Assembly (NCBI GenBank): GCA_019637155.1
Contig: JAHBWE010000017.1
Coordinates: 1-64,000, forward strand
DNA length: 64,000 bases
Reading direction: 5' to 3'
DNA from: Labilithrix sp.
Lineage (GTDB): Bacteria; Myxococcota_A; Polyangia; Polyangiales; Polyangiaceae
In this document: positions 17,864 through 27,911 of the stretch, in pieces
How positions within the stretch are numbered: position 1 is the stretch's first letter
How the letters are laid out: each line of letters opens with the position of its first letter
Made by a program: the position numbers and the translations under genes
Notes under the pieces: model-generated
The model's input: the letters and a program-made list of their open reading frames with translations, nothing else
The model's database searches: none
What the model was told of the DNA's origin: nothing

Positions 17864-19066
17864 TCATTGCGCCCGCCCGAGTCCGTGGAGGCGGTAGAGG
17901 AGCTGCAGCGGACCCTTCTGGGGGTCGGCGAGGGGGCCCGAGAGGGTGGTGAGAAACTGCTTCACGAGGCTCTCGCGCAGCCAGCCGATTGAATACTGCG
18001 CGAAGGGCATGCCATAGGAGTTGTGGGAGGCCACCCACGCGGTCGTCTCCGCGAGCAGCTCGGCGACGAGCTGCCGATCGCGTTCGTCGGAGGGCGGAGC
18101 GGTCACCCAAGGCTGGAGCTCGTCGAATAGTTGCGCCCGCTCCGGATCGCTTTGGCCGTAGCGTCGCAGTACCTCCAGGCTCGTCCGCGGCGGCTTCTTC
18201 GCGTTGAGCTCCGCGCCCTTGTTGTTGATGAAGAGCTCGCGCCCGTTCAAGCGCACGCGGGCGCGCCCCTTGTCGAACGCAGAAGGGCCGCCGAGGTAGT
18301 CATCGAACCGTGCGGCGATCACCATCTCGCCAGCGTGGTTGAGATAACCCCATTTGCCGTCAAGCTTGAAGGCCGCGCGAGCTTCGCTGAACTGACCGAT
18401 AGCCTCGTAGATACAAGGAACCACCTCTGCGCCGACTTCGTCGACGATACCGTATTTACCGTCACGTTTGACGACGGCAATTCCGTCTTTGAACAGGACA
18501 TGCCTCTCGTAGAGGCAGGGAATGATGGCGCGGCCCGCGCGGTCGAGGACGCCGTGGTTCCAGTCCGCGTCGGCGACCAGCGCACGACCTTCGCTGAAGG
18601 TCAGCGCGTCGGCGTACTCGCAGGGGATGGCGACCGCACCGGTCGTGTCGAGGTAGCCGTTCCGCTGTTCGCCCTCGGCGCGCCTGCACATCGCCAGCCC
18701 CTCCGAGAACGGGGCGATCCACGAGTATTCGATAGGCGTGATGACCGTCCCACGCTCGTCGAGCAACCCGATGCGCGCGCCTCGATTGGCGATCAGGATG
18801 CGATGTCCTGCGTGTCCGAGCTCGTCGTACTCGAGCGGAACCACCTCGTCACCGCGTTCGTCGACGGCGCCCCATTTTCCGCCGAGGTGCTCGAGCCGCG
18901 TGGGTTCGTGGTTGTCCGACCGGTCACACAGACCTCCGCCGAGGCAGACGATGCCGAGCCCTTCGCCTTCAGGTGGCTCCACCGCGTGGTCGTACTTCGG
19001 AGTGACGAGGACCTTGCCCTGCTCGTCTTGAAAACCGAACTTGCCGTTGGCTCTGAGGATCTTCAT
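17864..19066 (-). CDS. WG (KWG) repeat-containing protein
   Basis: Multiple GKWG(Y/A)(L/V)(D/N) repeats across 400 aa. Confidence 0.8.
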   Translation of the reverse strand: MKILRANGKFGFQDEQGKVLVTPKYDHAVEPPEGEGLGIVCLGGGLCDRSDNHEPTRLEHLGGKWGAVDERGDEVVPLEYDELGHAGHRILIANRGARIGLLDERGTVITPIEYSWIAPFSEGLAMCRRAEGEQRNGYLDTTGAVAIPCEYADALTFSEGRALVADADWNHGVLDRAGRAIIPCLYERHVLFKDGIAVVKRDGKYGIVDEVGAEVVPCIYEAIGQFSEARAAFKLDGKWGYLNHAGEMVIAARFDDYLGGPSAFDKGRARVRLNGRELFINNKGAELNAKKPPRTSLEVLRRYGQSDPERAQLFDELQPWVTAPPSDERDRQLVAELLAETTAWVASHNSYGMPFAQYSIGWLRESLVKQFLTTLSGPLADPQKGPLQLLYRLHGLGRAQ

Positions 19067-19259
19067 GGTCTCCCGTGACCGCAGCTTGCTTCGTCGGGGC
19101 GTTCATGGCCGCAGCAATCCCAAGAGGCGTCGCGTCGAAGAGCGGAGAGCTCGCCGGATCGGCGGACGCGTAGAAGCGTGGGCCCGCTCCCCGTGTTGCG
19201 AACCGAGGGATCCTCGGGGAGCACCAGATCGAGCGCGACCATATAGACCTCGGCGCACC

Positions 19260-20105
19260 TCATTCGTCGCCTCGGAGCACACGCAGCGCGTGTTCGATGA
19301 CCGCGCGTCGCGGCTCGAGTCGGGCGGCCTGGAGCGCCAGCACCCGAGCGAGCGCGAGGCGGTCGGGGCCGTCGTCATCGTCGTACGGGGGTGGGCAACG
19401 CTTGGCTAGATCGAGGAGCCGCGACGAGGTGACCGGAAATCCGACCGTCCACGCCTCCACGAAGGCGAGCGCCCGCTCTCGCACGCGAGCGTCGGCGTGG
19501 ACGAGCAGGAGCGTCACTGCGGGCCATCCGATGCGGAGCAAATAAGGATGACGATACGCGCTCAGGCGTTCCCATAGCGACGACGTGGGGGCGGCGAGCT
19601 TCGCTGCCAGCACTTCAGCTGACGGGTACACGACCGGTACGTGTCGACGCGCGTTCGGGTGGCCGCCACAACACCAGCCATCCGCGTGGTCGAGCCAACC
19701 AACCTCCTTGACACCGCCGATCTCGGCGATCGAACACTTGCACAGATAGATCCTATCGCGGGTGCCCCACGTGACGCGCGGGGGCGAGAGCGGCGTGCCC
19801 TCGTAGATCGCGGGGAGCTCTTCGCGCGCGAGGGGGCCCGCGACGCTGAAGGACATGCAGTCGAAGGTCTTGACCCGTACCTTGCAATCGCCACAGACGA
19901 GGCGACTACAGCCGATGACCTCGTCGTGCTCGCCCCAGGGCTCGTCTTTCGCCTGCCGGCGCCACGGCTCGTCGTCCGCCTGCGGGAGCCAGCTCCCCAT
20001 CCCGACGAGCAAGCCACCCCTGCTGCAGAACTCGAGCGCGCGCTCTGGTGCTGGAGTCGTGATCTGCACGGGCGCAATCGTCACCCGGCCTCGCTCGCCC
20101 CGCAA
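19260..20105 (-). CDS. hypothetical Cys/Trp-rich protein (likely start Met36 at 20000)
   Basis: Varied composition incl. CGDCKV, WCCGGHP. Confidence 0.45.
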   Translation of the reverse strand: MRGERGRVTIAPVQITTPAPERALEFCSRGGLLVGMGSWLPQADDEPWRRQAKDEPWGEHDEVIGCSRLVCGDCKVRVKTFDCMSFSVAGPLAREELPAIYEGTPLSPPRVTWGTRDRIYLCKCSIAEIGGVKEVGWLDHADGWCCGGHPNARRHVPVVYPSAEVLAAKLAAPTSSLWERLSAYRHPYLLRIGWPAVTLLLVHADARVRERALAFVEAWTVGFPVTSSRLLDLAKRCPPPYDDDDGPDRLALARVLALQAARLEPRRAVIEHALRVLRGDE

Positions 20106-20668
20106 CCCGCGTAGTCGTCACGCGCGTCGGAGGAAGAGCTCGACGCACTGCTGCGCGCGAGCAGTGCCCCGAGCTCCGTCCGCTCCTTGTGCTCTTTCTT
20201 CAGGGCCGCGAGCGTGCGCAGCTCGAGCGAGACCTCATTCGTGAAGGACCACTTCGCCGGCGCCGCGACGAGCGCATCCTCGAGGCTCCCGCGATGCGAG
20301 CTCCCGAGGTCACGCGAGAGCCCCTCGAGCATCGGCACGTCCTTGGCGCGGATCCCAAGCTCGACGATCGCAGGAACGAACGTTCGAGACACCACCCCCG
20401 GAAACTCTCCTACGATGCTCTTCGCGTCGGACGACACGCGACCCTCGGCCCACCTCGTCACCACGTCCTCGGCCGTCGCGCGCTGGGAGTCGCTCAGGTC
20501 GTCCGCCCCCTTGCCGCGGTAGATGGCCTGGTAGCTCATCGTCGCCTGCCCAAGCTCCCCACGCGCCGCAGCGGCCTCCGCCGACCGCACCGACGCTTGG
20601 ACGCTCGAGCCGCAGCCGACACACGACAGCGAGAAGAGAAGCCCCAACCCGAACCACACCCGCCTCAT
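20081..20668 (-). CDS. lipoprotein, hypothetical
   Basis: Signal peptide MRRVWFGLGLLFSLSCVGCGSS with lipobox-like Cys; upstream part of ORF is Arg-rich artefact. Confidence 0.55.
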   Translation of the reverse strand: MRRVWFGLGLLFSLSCVGCGSSVQASVRSAEAAAARGELGQATMSYQAIYRGKGADDLSDSQRATAEDVVTRWAEGRVSSDAKSIVGEFPGVVSRTFVPAIVELGIRAKDVPMLEGLSRDLGSSHRGSLEDALVAAPAKWSFTNEVSLELRTLAALKKEHKERTELGALLARSSASSSSSDARDDYAGCGASEAG

Positions 20669-20924
20669 GCCCCCGGCCGACGGACCGAGCCTCCGCACCC
20701 CGTCCCCATGGACGTCCTTACCAAGAGACTCGCCCGAGTTCACGCGCATCGTTTCATGCTGCAATGAGTATCCGACCTCTTTCAATCTCCAAGATCGCGG
20801 GCACCGATCGAGGCGCCCCTTCGACATGACGACAGTGTCGCCTCGACGTCGGCAATCGGGTCGACCGGAAGCCCGTACTTCTTCTTCGCCGCGGCGAAGA
20901 CGACGCGGGCGCGTACCGGTCACC

Positions 20925-21005
20925 CGGTGAGCGAATCCCCGTTCCGCACCGAGCGCGCGCGGATCCGAGCGCCGCTCGTAGTGTCGTTCGCCGCGGCGGC
21001 GGGTC
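20925..21005. repeat. Copy B of ~78-bp dispersed repeat
   Basis: ggtgagcgaatccccgttccgcaccgagcgcgcgcggatccgagcgccgctcgtagtgtcgttcgccgcggcggcg. Confidence 0.8.
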
Positions 21006-21253
21006 CACCACCGGGCTCGGCGGCGGAGCGATCGGCGAGCGCGAGCGCGGCAGACGGCGCTCCGGCGGAGGCATTCCCCGCGACGTTCCGGCGGGAGACA
21101 AGGCGATACTGGTGATCCGGGTGCGGCCGGAGCCACCGGAGCACCGAGAGCACAGGGCAGCGCCGCCGGGCCCAAAGGCGATCCCGGCGACCCGGGCGCG
21201 GCAGACGCTGCAGGCGCTCGGCTCCTGCGCGCCACGACGTCGGGAAGCTTCCG

Positions 21254-21751
21254 CTATGCGCGCAGCGTGACGAGCACCTCGTCCAGTTGTCCGAACGTCT
21301 CGGCCATCCCGTCGTATGCCCCGGAGGCGAGGGCGGCATCGCGAGCCTCCTTGGAGCGATAGAGCTCGTGCAGCACCATCAGAGTCTTGTCGCCTTCTTC
21401 CTCGAGCGTCACCGTCGTGATGGCCCCGTCCTCGCCGCTCTCGTCATTCGTCCAGACGATTCGTGAGTGCGGAGTCACTTCGATGTACTTGCCAAAGAAC
21501 GCCATCGTCTTCGTGCCGTCGACGTCGAACACGAGTCGGTAGCTGCCTCCAGTACGGATATCCGCCTCGTAAGAGAGCAGGGCCAGCGGCATCGACTTCG
21601 GTACCCACCACCGCCTGAACAGCGCGGGAGTGGTCCACGCCTGAAAGACGATGCGAGCCGGAGCGTCGAAGGTTCGCGTGACGACGATTTCGCGCTCGGA
21701 CTTCGGCTCCACCGTCGTGGGGTTGGGCTCACTGTCTTTTCTTGCGTTCAT
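21254..21751 (-). CDS. SRPBCC-family protein (AHSA1/Aha1-like activator of Hsp90 ATPase homolog domain)
   Basis: 165-aa domain with RIVFQAWTTPALFRRWW..., typical of AHSA1/polyketide-cyclase fold; paired with ArsR regulator. Confidence 0.8.
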   Translation of the reverse strand: MNARKDSEPNPTTVEPKSEREIVVTRTFDAPARIVFQAWTTPALFRRWWVPKSMPLALLSYEADIRTGGSYRLVFDVDGTKTMAFFGKYIEVTPHSRIVWTNDESGEDGAITTVTLEEEGDKTLMVLHELYRSKEARDAALASGAYDGMAETFGQLDEVLVTLRA

Positions 21752-22095
21752 CGAACGTTCTCCTTCCGTTTCAGCTCCTCGATGACCTTGTCCAGCTCTT
21801 CGAAGCGTGAGCTCCAGAGCTGGCGGTACCCCTCGATCCATGCCGTCTCGGCCAAAAGACGGCTCGGGCCGAGCTTGCACGTCCGCACGCGCCCGACCTT
21901 CTCCGTGGCGACGAGCCCGGCTCGCTCCAAGACGCCGACGTGCTTCTTCATGCCCGTGAGGGTCATGTGGAACTTCTCGGCAAGCTCCGTGATCGAAGCG
22001 TCGGCGCGCCCGAGCTGCTCCAGAACGCCGCGCCGGGTCGCGTCCGAGAGAGCGGCGAACGAGGCGTCCAAGCGGGCACCCAAATACTGAACCAT
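21748..22095 (-). CDS. ArsR/SmtB-family transcriptional regulator
   Basis: ASFAALSDATRRGVLEQLGRADASITELAEKFHMTLTGMKKHVGVLERAGLV; ATGA overlap with SRPBCC gene. Confidence 0.8.
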   Translation of the reverse strand: MVQYLGARLDASFAALSDATRRGVLEQLGRADASITELAEKFHMTLTGMKKHVGVLERAGLVATEKVGRVRTCKLGPSRLLAETAWIEGYRQLWSSRFEELDKVIEELKRKENVR

Positions 22096-22206
22096 GCGGT
22101 TCAGTGTCTAGCGCACCGCTTCGGCGCATGCAAGTGAGCTCGTCGCCGAGCGCGGCGGCGCCGAGGGTTGGCGAGGCTGAGGGCATGCGTTAGTGATCGC
22201 GAAAAG

Positions 22207-22893
22207 ATGACCGAGGCGATCAGGTTGGACGAGAGCTGGAAGGTCCCTTTGGCGGGCGAGCTCGGCGCGCCCTACATGGCCGAGCTGAAGCGCTTCCTGC
22301 TGGCCGAGAAGGCGCGCGGCGCGCGGATCTTCCCCAAGGGAAGCGAATATTTTCGCGCGCTCGATTTGACGCCGCTCGAACAGGTGCGCGTCGTCGTCCT
22401 CGGCCAGGATCCCTATCACGGCGCGGGGCAGGCGCACGGTCTGTGCTTCTCGGTTCGGCACGGCGTCCGCTTGCCGCCGAGCCTCGAGAACATCTACCGC
22501 GAGCTGGAGACCGATCTCGGCATCGAGTGCCCCCGCCATGGGTTCCTGGAGCATTGGGCGAAACAGGGAGTGCTCCTGCTCAACAGCGTGCTCACCGTCG
22601 AGATGGGCCGCGCCGCTTCGCACCAAGGCAAAGGCTGGGAGCGCTTCACCGACGCGATCGTCCGGCTCGTGAATGAGAGGCCGGAGCCCGTCGTGTTCAT
22701 GCTCTGGGGGTCCTACGCGCAGCGCAAAGCCTCCTTCGTCGATGCGTCGCGCCACCTGGTGCTGAAAGCCGCGCATCCCTCGCCGCTCTCGGCTCAGAGC
22801 GGATTCTTCGGTTGCCGCCATTTCTCCAAAGCAAACGCCTTCCTCGAATCGAAGGGCCTGAAGCCGATCGATTGGACCTTGCCCGATCTCTGA
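22207..22893 (+). CDS. ung: uracil-DNA glycosylase (family 1)
   Basis: VVVLGQDPYHGAGQAHGLCFSV and LLLNSVLTVE motifs. Confidence 0.9.
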   Translation: MTEAIRLDESWKVPLAGELGAPYMAELKRFLLAEKARGARIFPKGSEYFRALDLTPLEQVRVVVLGQDPYHGAGQAHGLCFSVRHGVRLPPSLENIYRELETDLGIECPRHGFLEHWAKQGVLLLNSVLTVEMGRAASHQGKGWERFTDAIVRLVNERPEPVVFMLWGSYAQRKASFVDASRHLVLKAAHPSPLSAQSGFFGCRHFSKANAFLESKGLKPIDWTLPDL

Positions 22894-22933
22894 ACGACCC
22901 GACATCGCGCCGAAGCCCGAGGCGACGGAGTCG

Positions 22934-24413
22934 TCACTCCGCGTCGTCGTAGTCGGTGCGTAGACCGTGCACGTACGCGCAGCCGCGGCCGTCCTTCTTC
23001 GCGAGGTAGAGTTGCTGGTCCGCGGCCGCGAACAGGCCGTCGCGTGGCGCAGCTCTCTGGCCACGTCGCGCCGCCGATCGAGAGCGAGATGTCGACGGCG
23101 CGCGCCGCGCCGCCGATGCGTCGAGCGGCGGCGGCGAGCTGGTCGACGTTGACGTCGGGCAAGAGCGCCACGAACTCGTCGCCGCCGTAGCGAGCGAGGA
23201 CGTCGTGCGTGCGGACCGACGCGCCGAGGAGCTGTCCGAGCCGCCGCAGGACGTCGTCTCCCGCCTCGTGCCCGCGCGTGTCGTTGGTGCTCTTGAAGAA
23301 GTCCACGTCGATGAGGACGAGCGAGAGGCTCGCGCCGGACCGCGCCGAGCGGGAGCGTTCCTGCTCGAACCGGATCTCGAGCTCGCGACGATTGAGGATG
23401 CCCGTGAGCGGATCGGTGCGCGCGTGCTCCGCGACGCGCGCGAGCAGCGAGAGGTTCTCCCAGACGAGCGCGATCTGATCGACGTAGAGACGCACGTGCT
23501 CGAGCTGGTCCCTCGTGATGCGCTCCTTCGAGTAGCAGTTGTCCGCGAAGATGAGCCCGAGGAGCTCGCCGCGCGTGCGCACCGCGCCGAGCACCATCTC
23601 GCCCGACGCGTCGAGCCGCACGAGCTCGGGGTTCATGGGGGTCGGGCGGTCGAAGAACAGGTCCTCGCCTCCCTCTCGAAGCGCGAGCCCCACTTCATCG
23701 TCGCCGGTGCCGGCGACGAGCATCATCGTCTGAACGCGCTGCTGGAAACGAGTGTCGAAGCGCCGATCGGCGTAGTCGTCGATGAGGCGCTCGATCGTCA
23801 TCCCCTCGAGCTCGATCGCCTCCCAGATGCGGTGCGCCTCGGCGTCGTCGTAGGGCCCGATCGCCTTGGTCCCGACGAAGCCGCGCTTCGCTGCGTCCCA
23901 CATGAAGAGCGCGGCGCGATCGAAGGAGAGGCCGTAGCCCGACGTGAGCCCCGCGAGCATGAGATAGAGCGCCTCGTCGAGGTCGGTCGAGGCGAGCATC
24001 CGCGCCGTGATCTGACGAAGCGTCGTGAGGCTGGACGACTGGAACGCCAGGCTCTCGAGGAGATGGGTGACGTCGCTCGGATCGAAGAGGGCACCGAGCA
24101 TGCGCGTGAGGAGCGCGCGCATTCCGCCCGCGAGGTCGGACGCGTCGAGCGCGAGCCGCTTCTCTCCGACCGCGAGCGTCATCGCGACCGCGCACGGCGG
24201 CGGCGCCGTCGTGACCTCCCCGAACCGAAGGCGCACGCCCTCGAGGGCGAGCTTCAGGACCTGACGCGCGCCGAGCGGAATCGCGGCGACGTCGTCGGGC
24301 AACGTAGCGTCGATCCGAACGGGCTGCGGCAGGCGCCCGACCGCGACGCGCAAGTGCGGGGCGACCGAGACCATCCGGACGTGTCGCTCGAGCTCCGGAG
24401 ACGGCAGACCCAC
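22934..24413 (-). CDS. GAF-GGDEF diguanylate cyclase; C-terminus disrupted by apparent 1-nt frameshift near 23050
   Basis: RYGGDEF active site; frame A reads ...SIGGATWPESCAT then Arg-rich nonsense; alternate frame gives canonical end RDGLFAAADQQLYLAKKDGRGCAYVHGLRTDYDDAE* stopping at 22934. Confidence 0.75.
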
Positions 24414-24452
24414 CCCCTGAGTCTACGCCTCTTGCTCTCCGCCGCTCGGTCG

Positions 24453-25148
24453 TCAGGCGGCCAGGGCGCGGATCGGCTGCGTCTGGTCGGCGCCCATGGC
24501 CGACGGCTCGGACGTGCGGGACGGCGCGGCGGAGAGCGCGCCCGCCTGGAACAGCGGCGCTCCGATCGGCAGGAGCGCGCGGCCTGCTGCGTTCGTCAGC
24601 ACGAGCGAGAAGGCGATGTAGAGGGCGAGCGCCATCAGCGCGACGGTCGCGAGCGCGATCGGCAGAGCGAGGGTGTTCGCGTGCGTCAGCTCGCGCGCGA
24701 TCCGCAGGACGTAGAGGGCGTCGATGTCGAGCAGGAAGACGAAGAGGAGCCTCGAGAAGAAGCCAAACGCGTACGTCATGACCACGAAGATCATCAGGAA
24801 GCAAACGTCCACCGCGAGGATGACGGCGCTCGACGGGACGCGACCCTGCGCGAGCTCGGAGAGCGACCACCAGTTCATCACCCAGTTGAACGAGAACGTC
24901 GTGAGGAGCGTCCCGCCGAGCATGTTCTTGTTCGCGAAGCTCATCAGGCCGGCGAGGAACTGGCAGCCAGCCCCGAAGAAGAGGCAGAACCACGCGCACG
25001 TGCGGAGCGCCTCGGGCGTGAGCGCAGCCTGCACTCCGAACGCGACGGGCAACAGCGACGCGCATCCGATCGCGAGGCCGAAGAGACCGAGCGCGGTCGG
25101 GTCGGCGACGGGCAACGACGAGGTGGAGGACTGGGCGGTCGACTGCAT
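24453..25148 (-). CDS. satP: GPR1/FUN34/YaaH-family membrane protein (acetate/succinate transporter SatP-like)
   Basis: N-terminal ADPTALGLFGLAIG (cf. NPAPLGL) and six hydrophobic helices; GAAGGAG SD. Confidence 0.7.
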   Translation of the reverse strand: MQSTAQSSTSSLPVADPTALGLFGLAIGCASLLPVAFGVQAALTPEALRTCAWFCLFFGAGCQFLAGLMSFANKNMLGGTLLTTFSFNWVMNWWSLSELAQGRVPSSAVILAVDVCFLMIFVVMTYAFGFFSRLLFVFLLDIDALYVLRIARELTHANTLALPIALATVALMALALYIAFSLVLTNAAGRALLPIGAPLFQAGALSAAPSRTSEPSAMGADQTQPIRALAA

Positions 25149-25283
25149 GGCGGCTCCTTCGCGCGGTTCGTGCGCGACGCCCTCCTAGATCGTTTGCGGC
25201 AGTGCAGCAATAGCACTTCAGCAGAAGTTGCATACGTGCGTAATGTTCAGCATTTACGAATGTTGCGCCGCAGCATCGCAGGG

Positions 25284-26177
25284 TCACCGCGCGTGGGCGA
25301 CGAGCGTCTCCTCGAACGCGGCGAGGAAGGCGGGATCGGCGGGCGCAGCCGAGGCGCCGAGGCGGCGCCGGACGAGGAGCGCGAGGTTGTCGGCGAGGAC
25401 CTCCTCCGGGTGAATCGTGTACGCCGTGTTTCGCCCGATTCGGCGGGCCCAGTCCGTCGCGCGCGCCTCGATCAGCACCGGCGCGCCGTCTCCCTCGCGG
25501 ACCACCGTCGCGTCGTTCGGATCGATCTCGAGCAGCGTCACGCGGACGACGTCGTGCATCGACGTTCGTTCGACGACGTCCGCGAGCGGCAGCGGGCTGG
25601 TGAGGAGCGGCACGACCGCGCGCTCCCCGAGCCGCAAGTAGTGCCCGAGCTCGTGCGCGTCGGGGTTCGTCAACCTCCGGTCATCCAGCTCCGGCGGCGA
25701 CGAGATCGGTCCGACGCGCACGAAGCCGAGGAGCGCGTACGCCGCGTCGCGGAGCGCCGGCGACGCACGAGAAGCGACGTGGAAGAGCTCATGAGCAAGG
25801 AGCCGGATCGCGCGCTCGCCGCGGAGGGCTCTCACGCGCGCGGCGGGCAGGACGATCGCGTTCGACCGCGTGTAGGCGTGGTCGCGCTCTTCTCGTCCCG
25901 TCGTCTTCACGACGAGCACCTCCCGCGGGAGCACGCCGCCGAGCCCGCGCGCACCTCGCGCGACCGCGGCGAGCGCCTCCTCCCACGCCGCGGCCTCCTC
26001 GCGCGTGAACTCCAGCGCCTGCTCGCCGAGGAATCGCCGGAGCTCCGCGTCGTCGACCGGTGCGCTCGTCCGCATCCTGAAGGAGCGATCGAAGCCGCCC
26101 AACGCGCGCGTGAAGTCGTCCTCCGCCGCGAGGACCGCCCGCCCCTCGGATGCACTCGCGAGTCGGAGTAGAGTCAT
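25284..26177 (-). CDS. HExxH zinc-metallopeptidase-like hypothetical protein
   Basis: HELFHV motif; start at Met229 of long ORF (upstream Arg-rich part artefactual). Confidence 0.5.
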   Translation of the reverse strand: MTLLRLASASEGRAVLAAEDDFTRALGGFDRSFRMRTSAPVDDAELRRFLGEQALEFTREEAAAWEEALAAVARGARGLGGVLPREVLVVKTTGREERDHAYTRSNAIVLPAARVRALRGERAIRLLAHELFHVASRASPALRDAAYALLGFVRVGPISSPPELDDRRLTNPDAHELGHYLRLGERAVVPLLTSPLPLADVVERTSMHDVVRVTLLEIDPNDATVVREGDGAPVLIEARATDWARRIGRNTAYTIHPEEVLADNLALLVRRRLGASAAPADPAFLAAFEETLVAHAR

Positions 26178-26207
26178 CTCTCGGCCGATACTACTGTTGC
26201 TGTTCCG

Positions 26208-27197
26208 ATGAGTGCCATATCGCGAGAGGACGCCTTCGCTGGTTGCATGCTCGGTCTCGCCGTCGGCGACGCGCTCGGGTTTCCGGCCGAGTTTCGGAGG
26301 CGCGAGCAGATCCTCTCGTCGTTCGGGAGCGCGGGGCTGACCGACTTCGTCGCCCTCCACGATCCGCGATGGCCGGCGCGACCGGCGATCATGGGGCGCG
26401 CCCATCCGCTCGGGACGTACAGCGACGACACGCAGATGACGATCGCGGTGGCCGAGGCCGTCGTCGCGGCGGGCGACGCGTCGCTCGACGAGCTCATGGA
26501 GGAGATGGGGCGCCGCTTCGTCGCCTGGAGTCGTGCGAGCGACAACGATCGCGCTCCCGGGAACGCGTGCATGACGGGCTGCGACGCGCTCGCGCGGGGC
26601 GTCCCTTGGCGCGAGGCTGGCGTCGCCGACTCGAAAGGATGTGGCAGCGCGATGCGCGTCGCGCCGATCGGGCTTCGCTGGTGGAACGATCACGACCGCC
26701 TCCTGGAGGTCGCGCGCGCTTCGGCGGTGCTCACCCATCGCCACGACGCGGGCGTCGAAGGTGCGGCCGCGGCGGCGCTCCTCGTCGCGCTGGCGGTGGA
26801 CGAGCGAACGCCGGTCGAGATGCACGAGGCGCTCATGAAGGAGTGCTGGCCGCGGTCGCACGACTTCGCGGCGTGCCTCTCGAAGGTGCCCGCGCTCCTC
26901 GACGCGCCGCCGGAGGTCGCGCTCGCGGCTGACGGCCTCGGAGAGGCGTGGGTCGCGGAGGAGGCCGTCGCCTCCGCGCTCTGGTGCTTCTGGCGATCGC
27001 CGTTCGATTTCGAGAAGACGGTCCTCACGGCCGCCAACACCGACGGCGACTCCGACAGCATCGCGTGCATCGCGGGCGGCATCTCCGGCGCGTTCAACGG
27101 GGTCCGCGCGATCCCGGAGTCGCTTCGTCGTCGCGTCGAGAACGCGGACGGCCTCTCACGACTGGCCGCGACGCTCGCGTCTTTGCCAGCCCCATAG
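26208..27197 (+). CDS. ADP-ribosylglycohydrolase family protein (DraG/ARH-like)
   Basis: GLAVGDALG, GTYSDDTQM and TDGDSDS motifs. Confidence 0.8.
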   Translation: MSAISREDAFAGCMLGLAVGDALGFPAEFRRREQILSSFGSAGLTDFVALHDPRWPARPAIMGRAHPLGTYSDDTQMTIAVAEAVVAAGDASLDELMEEMGRRFVAWSRASDNDRAPGNACMTGCDALARGVPWREAGVADSKGCGSAMRVAPIGLRWWNDHDRLLEVARASAVLTHRHDAGVEGAAAAALLVALAVDERTPVEMHEALMKECWPRSHDFAACLSKVPALLDAPPEVALAADGLGEAWVAEEAVASALWCFWRSPFDFEKTVLTAANTDGDSDSIACIAGGISGAFNGVRAIPESLRRRVENADGLSRLAATLASLPAP

Positions 27198-27356
27198 CGG
27201 CGTATTCTCCTCACGATCCGCCCCCGCACCTCGCTCGGCGGCTTTTAGAGAGCACAGCCTATTTCGATATCGCGAATTGCGTTCTGCAACGATGTCGAGC
27301 GCGCGAGCATCAACGACGGTTCACGGCGGCGCTCGGGGCGCCGTCGAAACGCGTCG

Positions 27357-27911
27357 TTGGCGGCGGAATGGCGGTTGCACCGATCGCGGCGCGTGGGTCG
27401 GTGCGCGTCGCTCGTCGCGCTCGCCGCAGCGTCGTCGCTGCTGGCGGGGTGCCATTTCGGGGCGCTCCTCCTCGTCAGCAACGCCGCGAGCGCGCGCGGA
27501 CCCTACCGCCCGGAGTCGCTCGCGCGAGAGCTCGGCGCCGGATCGGTTCGGACGATCGGATGCCTCGACGTCGGGCTCGTGCCCTTTCGACGCGACGGGG
27601 GCGACCTCGTCGACCTCCATGTCGGCAATCGCTGCGGATACCCGGAGGCGCTCGACATGCGAAGGACCGTCATCACCGGCTACAGCGACACCGGCGCGCC
27701 GTTCGACGTCGCCTTCTCCGATCCGCGCGGAGAGATCGAGCTCCTCCACCTCGGCGGCGCGGATCACGCGCGCGAGCGAATACGCCTCGATCGCGCGGGC
27801 GCCGCGCGGAGGCTCTGCTTCGACCTCGAGCGCATCGATCCCGACGCGCCCGCCGCCCGGCCGCGGCCGCTCTGCTTCGCTCGGAACGGAGGCGCATGGG
27901 TCCCCGCGTAG
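27357..27911 (+). CDS. lipoprotein, hypothetical
   Basis: Signal peptide with LLAGC lipobox. Confidence 0.5.
   Translation: MAAEWRLHRSRRVGRCASLVALAAASSLLAGCHFGALLLVSNAASARGPYRPESLARELGAGSVRTIGCLDVGLVPFRRDGGDLVDLHVGNRCGYPEALDMRRTVITGYSDTGAPFDVAFSDPRGEIELLHLGGADHARERIRLDRAGAARRLCFDLERIDPDAPAARPRPLCFARNGGAWVPA

Noticed and set aside
16800-23060. Interpreting the mazF/GGDEF/DUF4351 frameshifts as programmed ribosomal frameshifting
   Set aside because: No slippery heptamer or downstream structure at the shift sites; single-base indels in homopolymer-like runs are more simply explained by sequencing error or pseudogenisation.
23205-26171. 988-aa plus-strand ORF and other very long Arg/Ala/Pro/Gly-rich ORFs (e.g. 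28730..32635, 32947..36240, 42029..45430, 36200..37492, 23695..25287)
   Set aside because: They run antisense to well-supported genes (GGDEF, SatP, MVP, esterase, AMP-ligase, RR/HK) and have the extreme Arg/Ala/Pro bias expected from stop-poor frames in 70% GC DNA.
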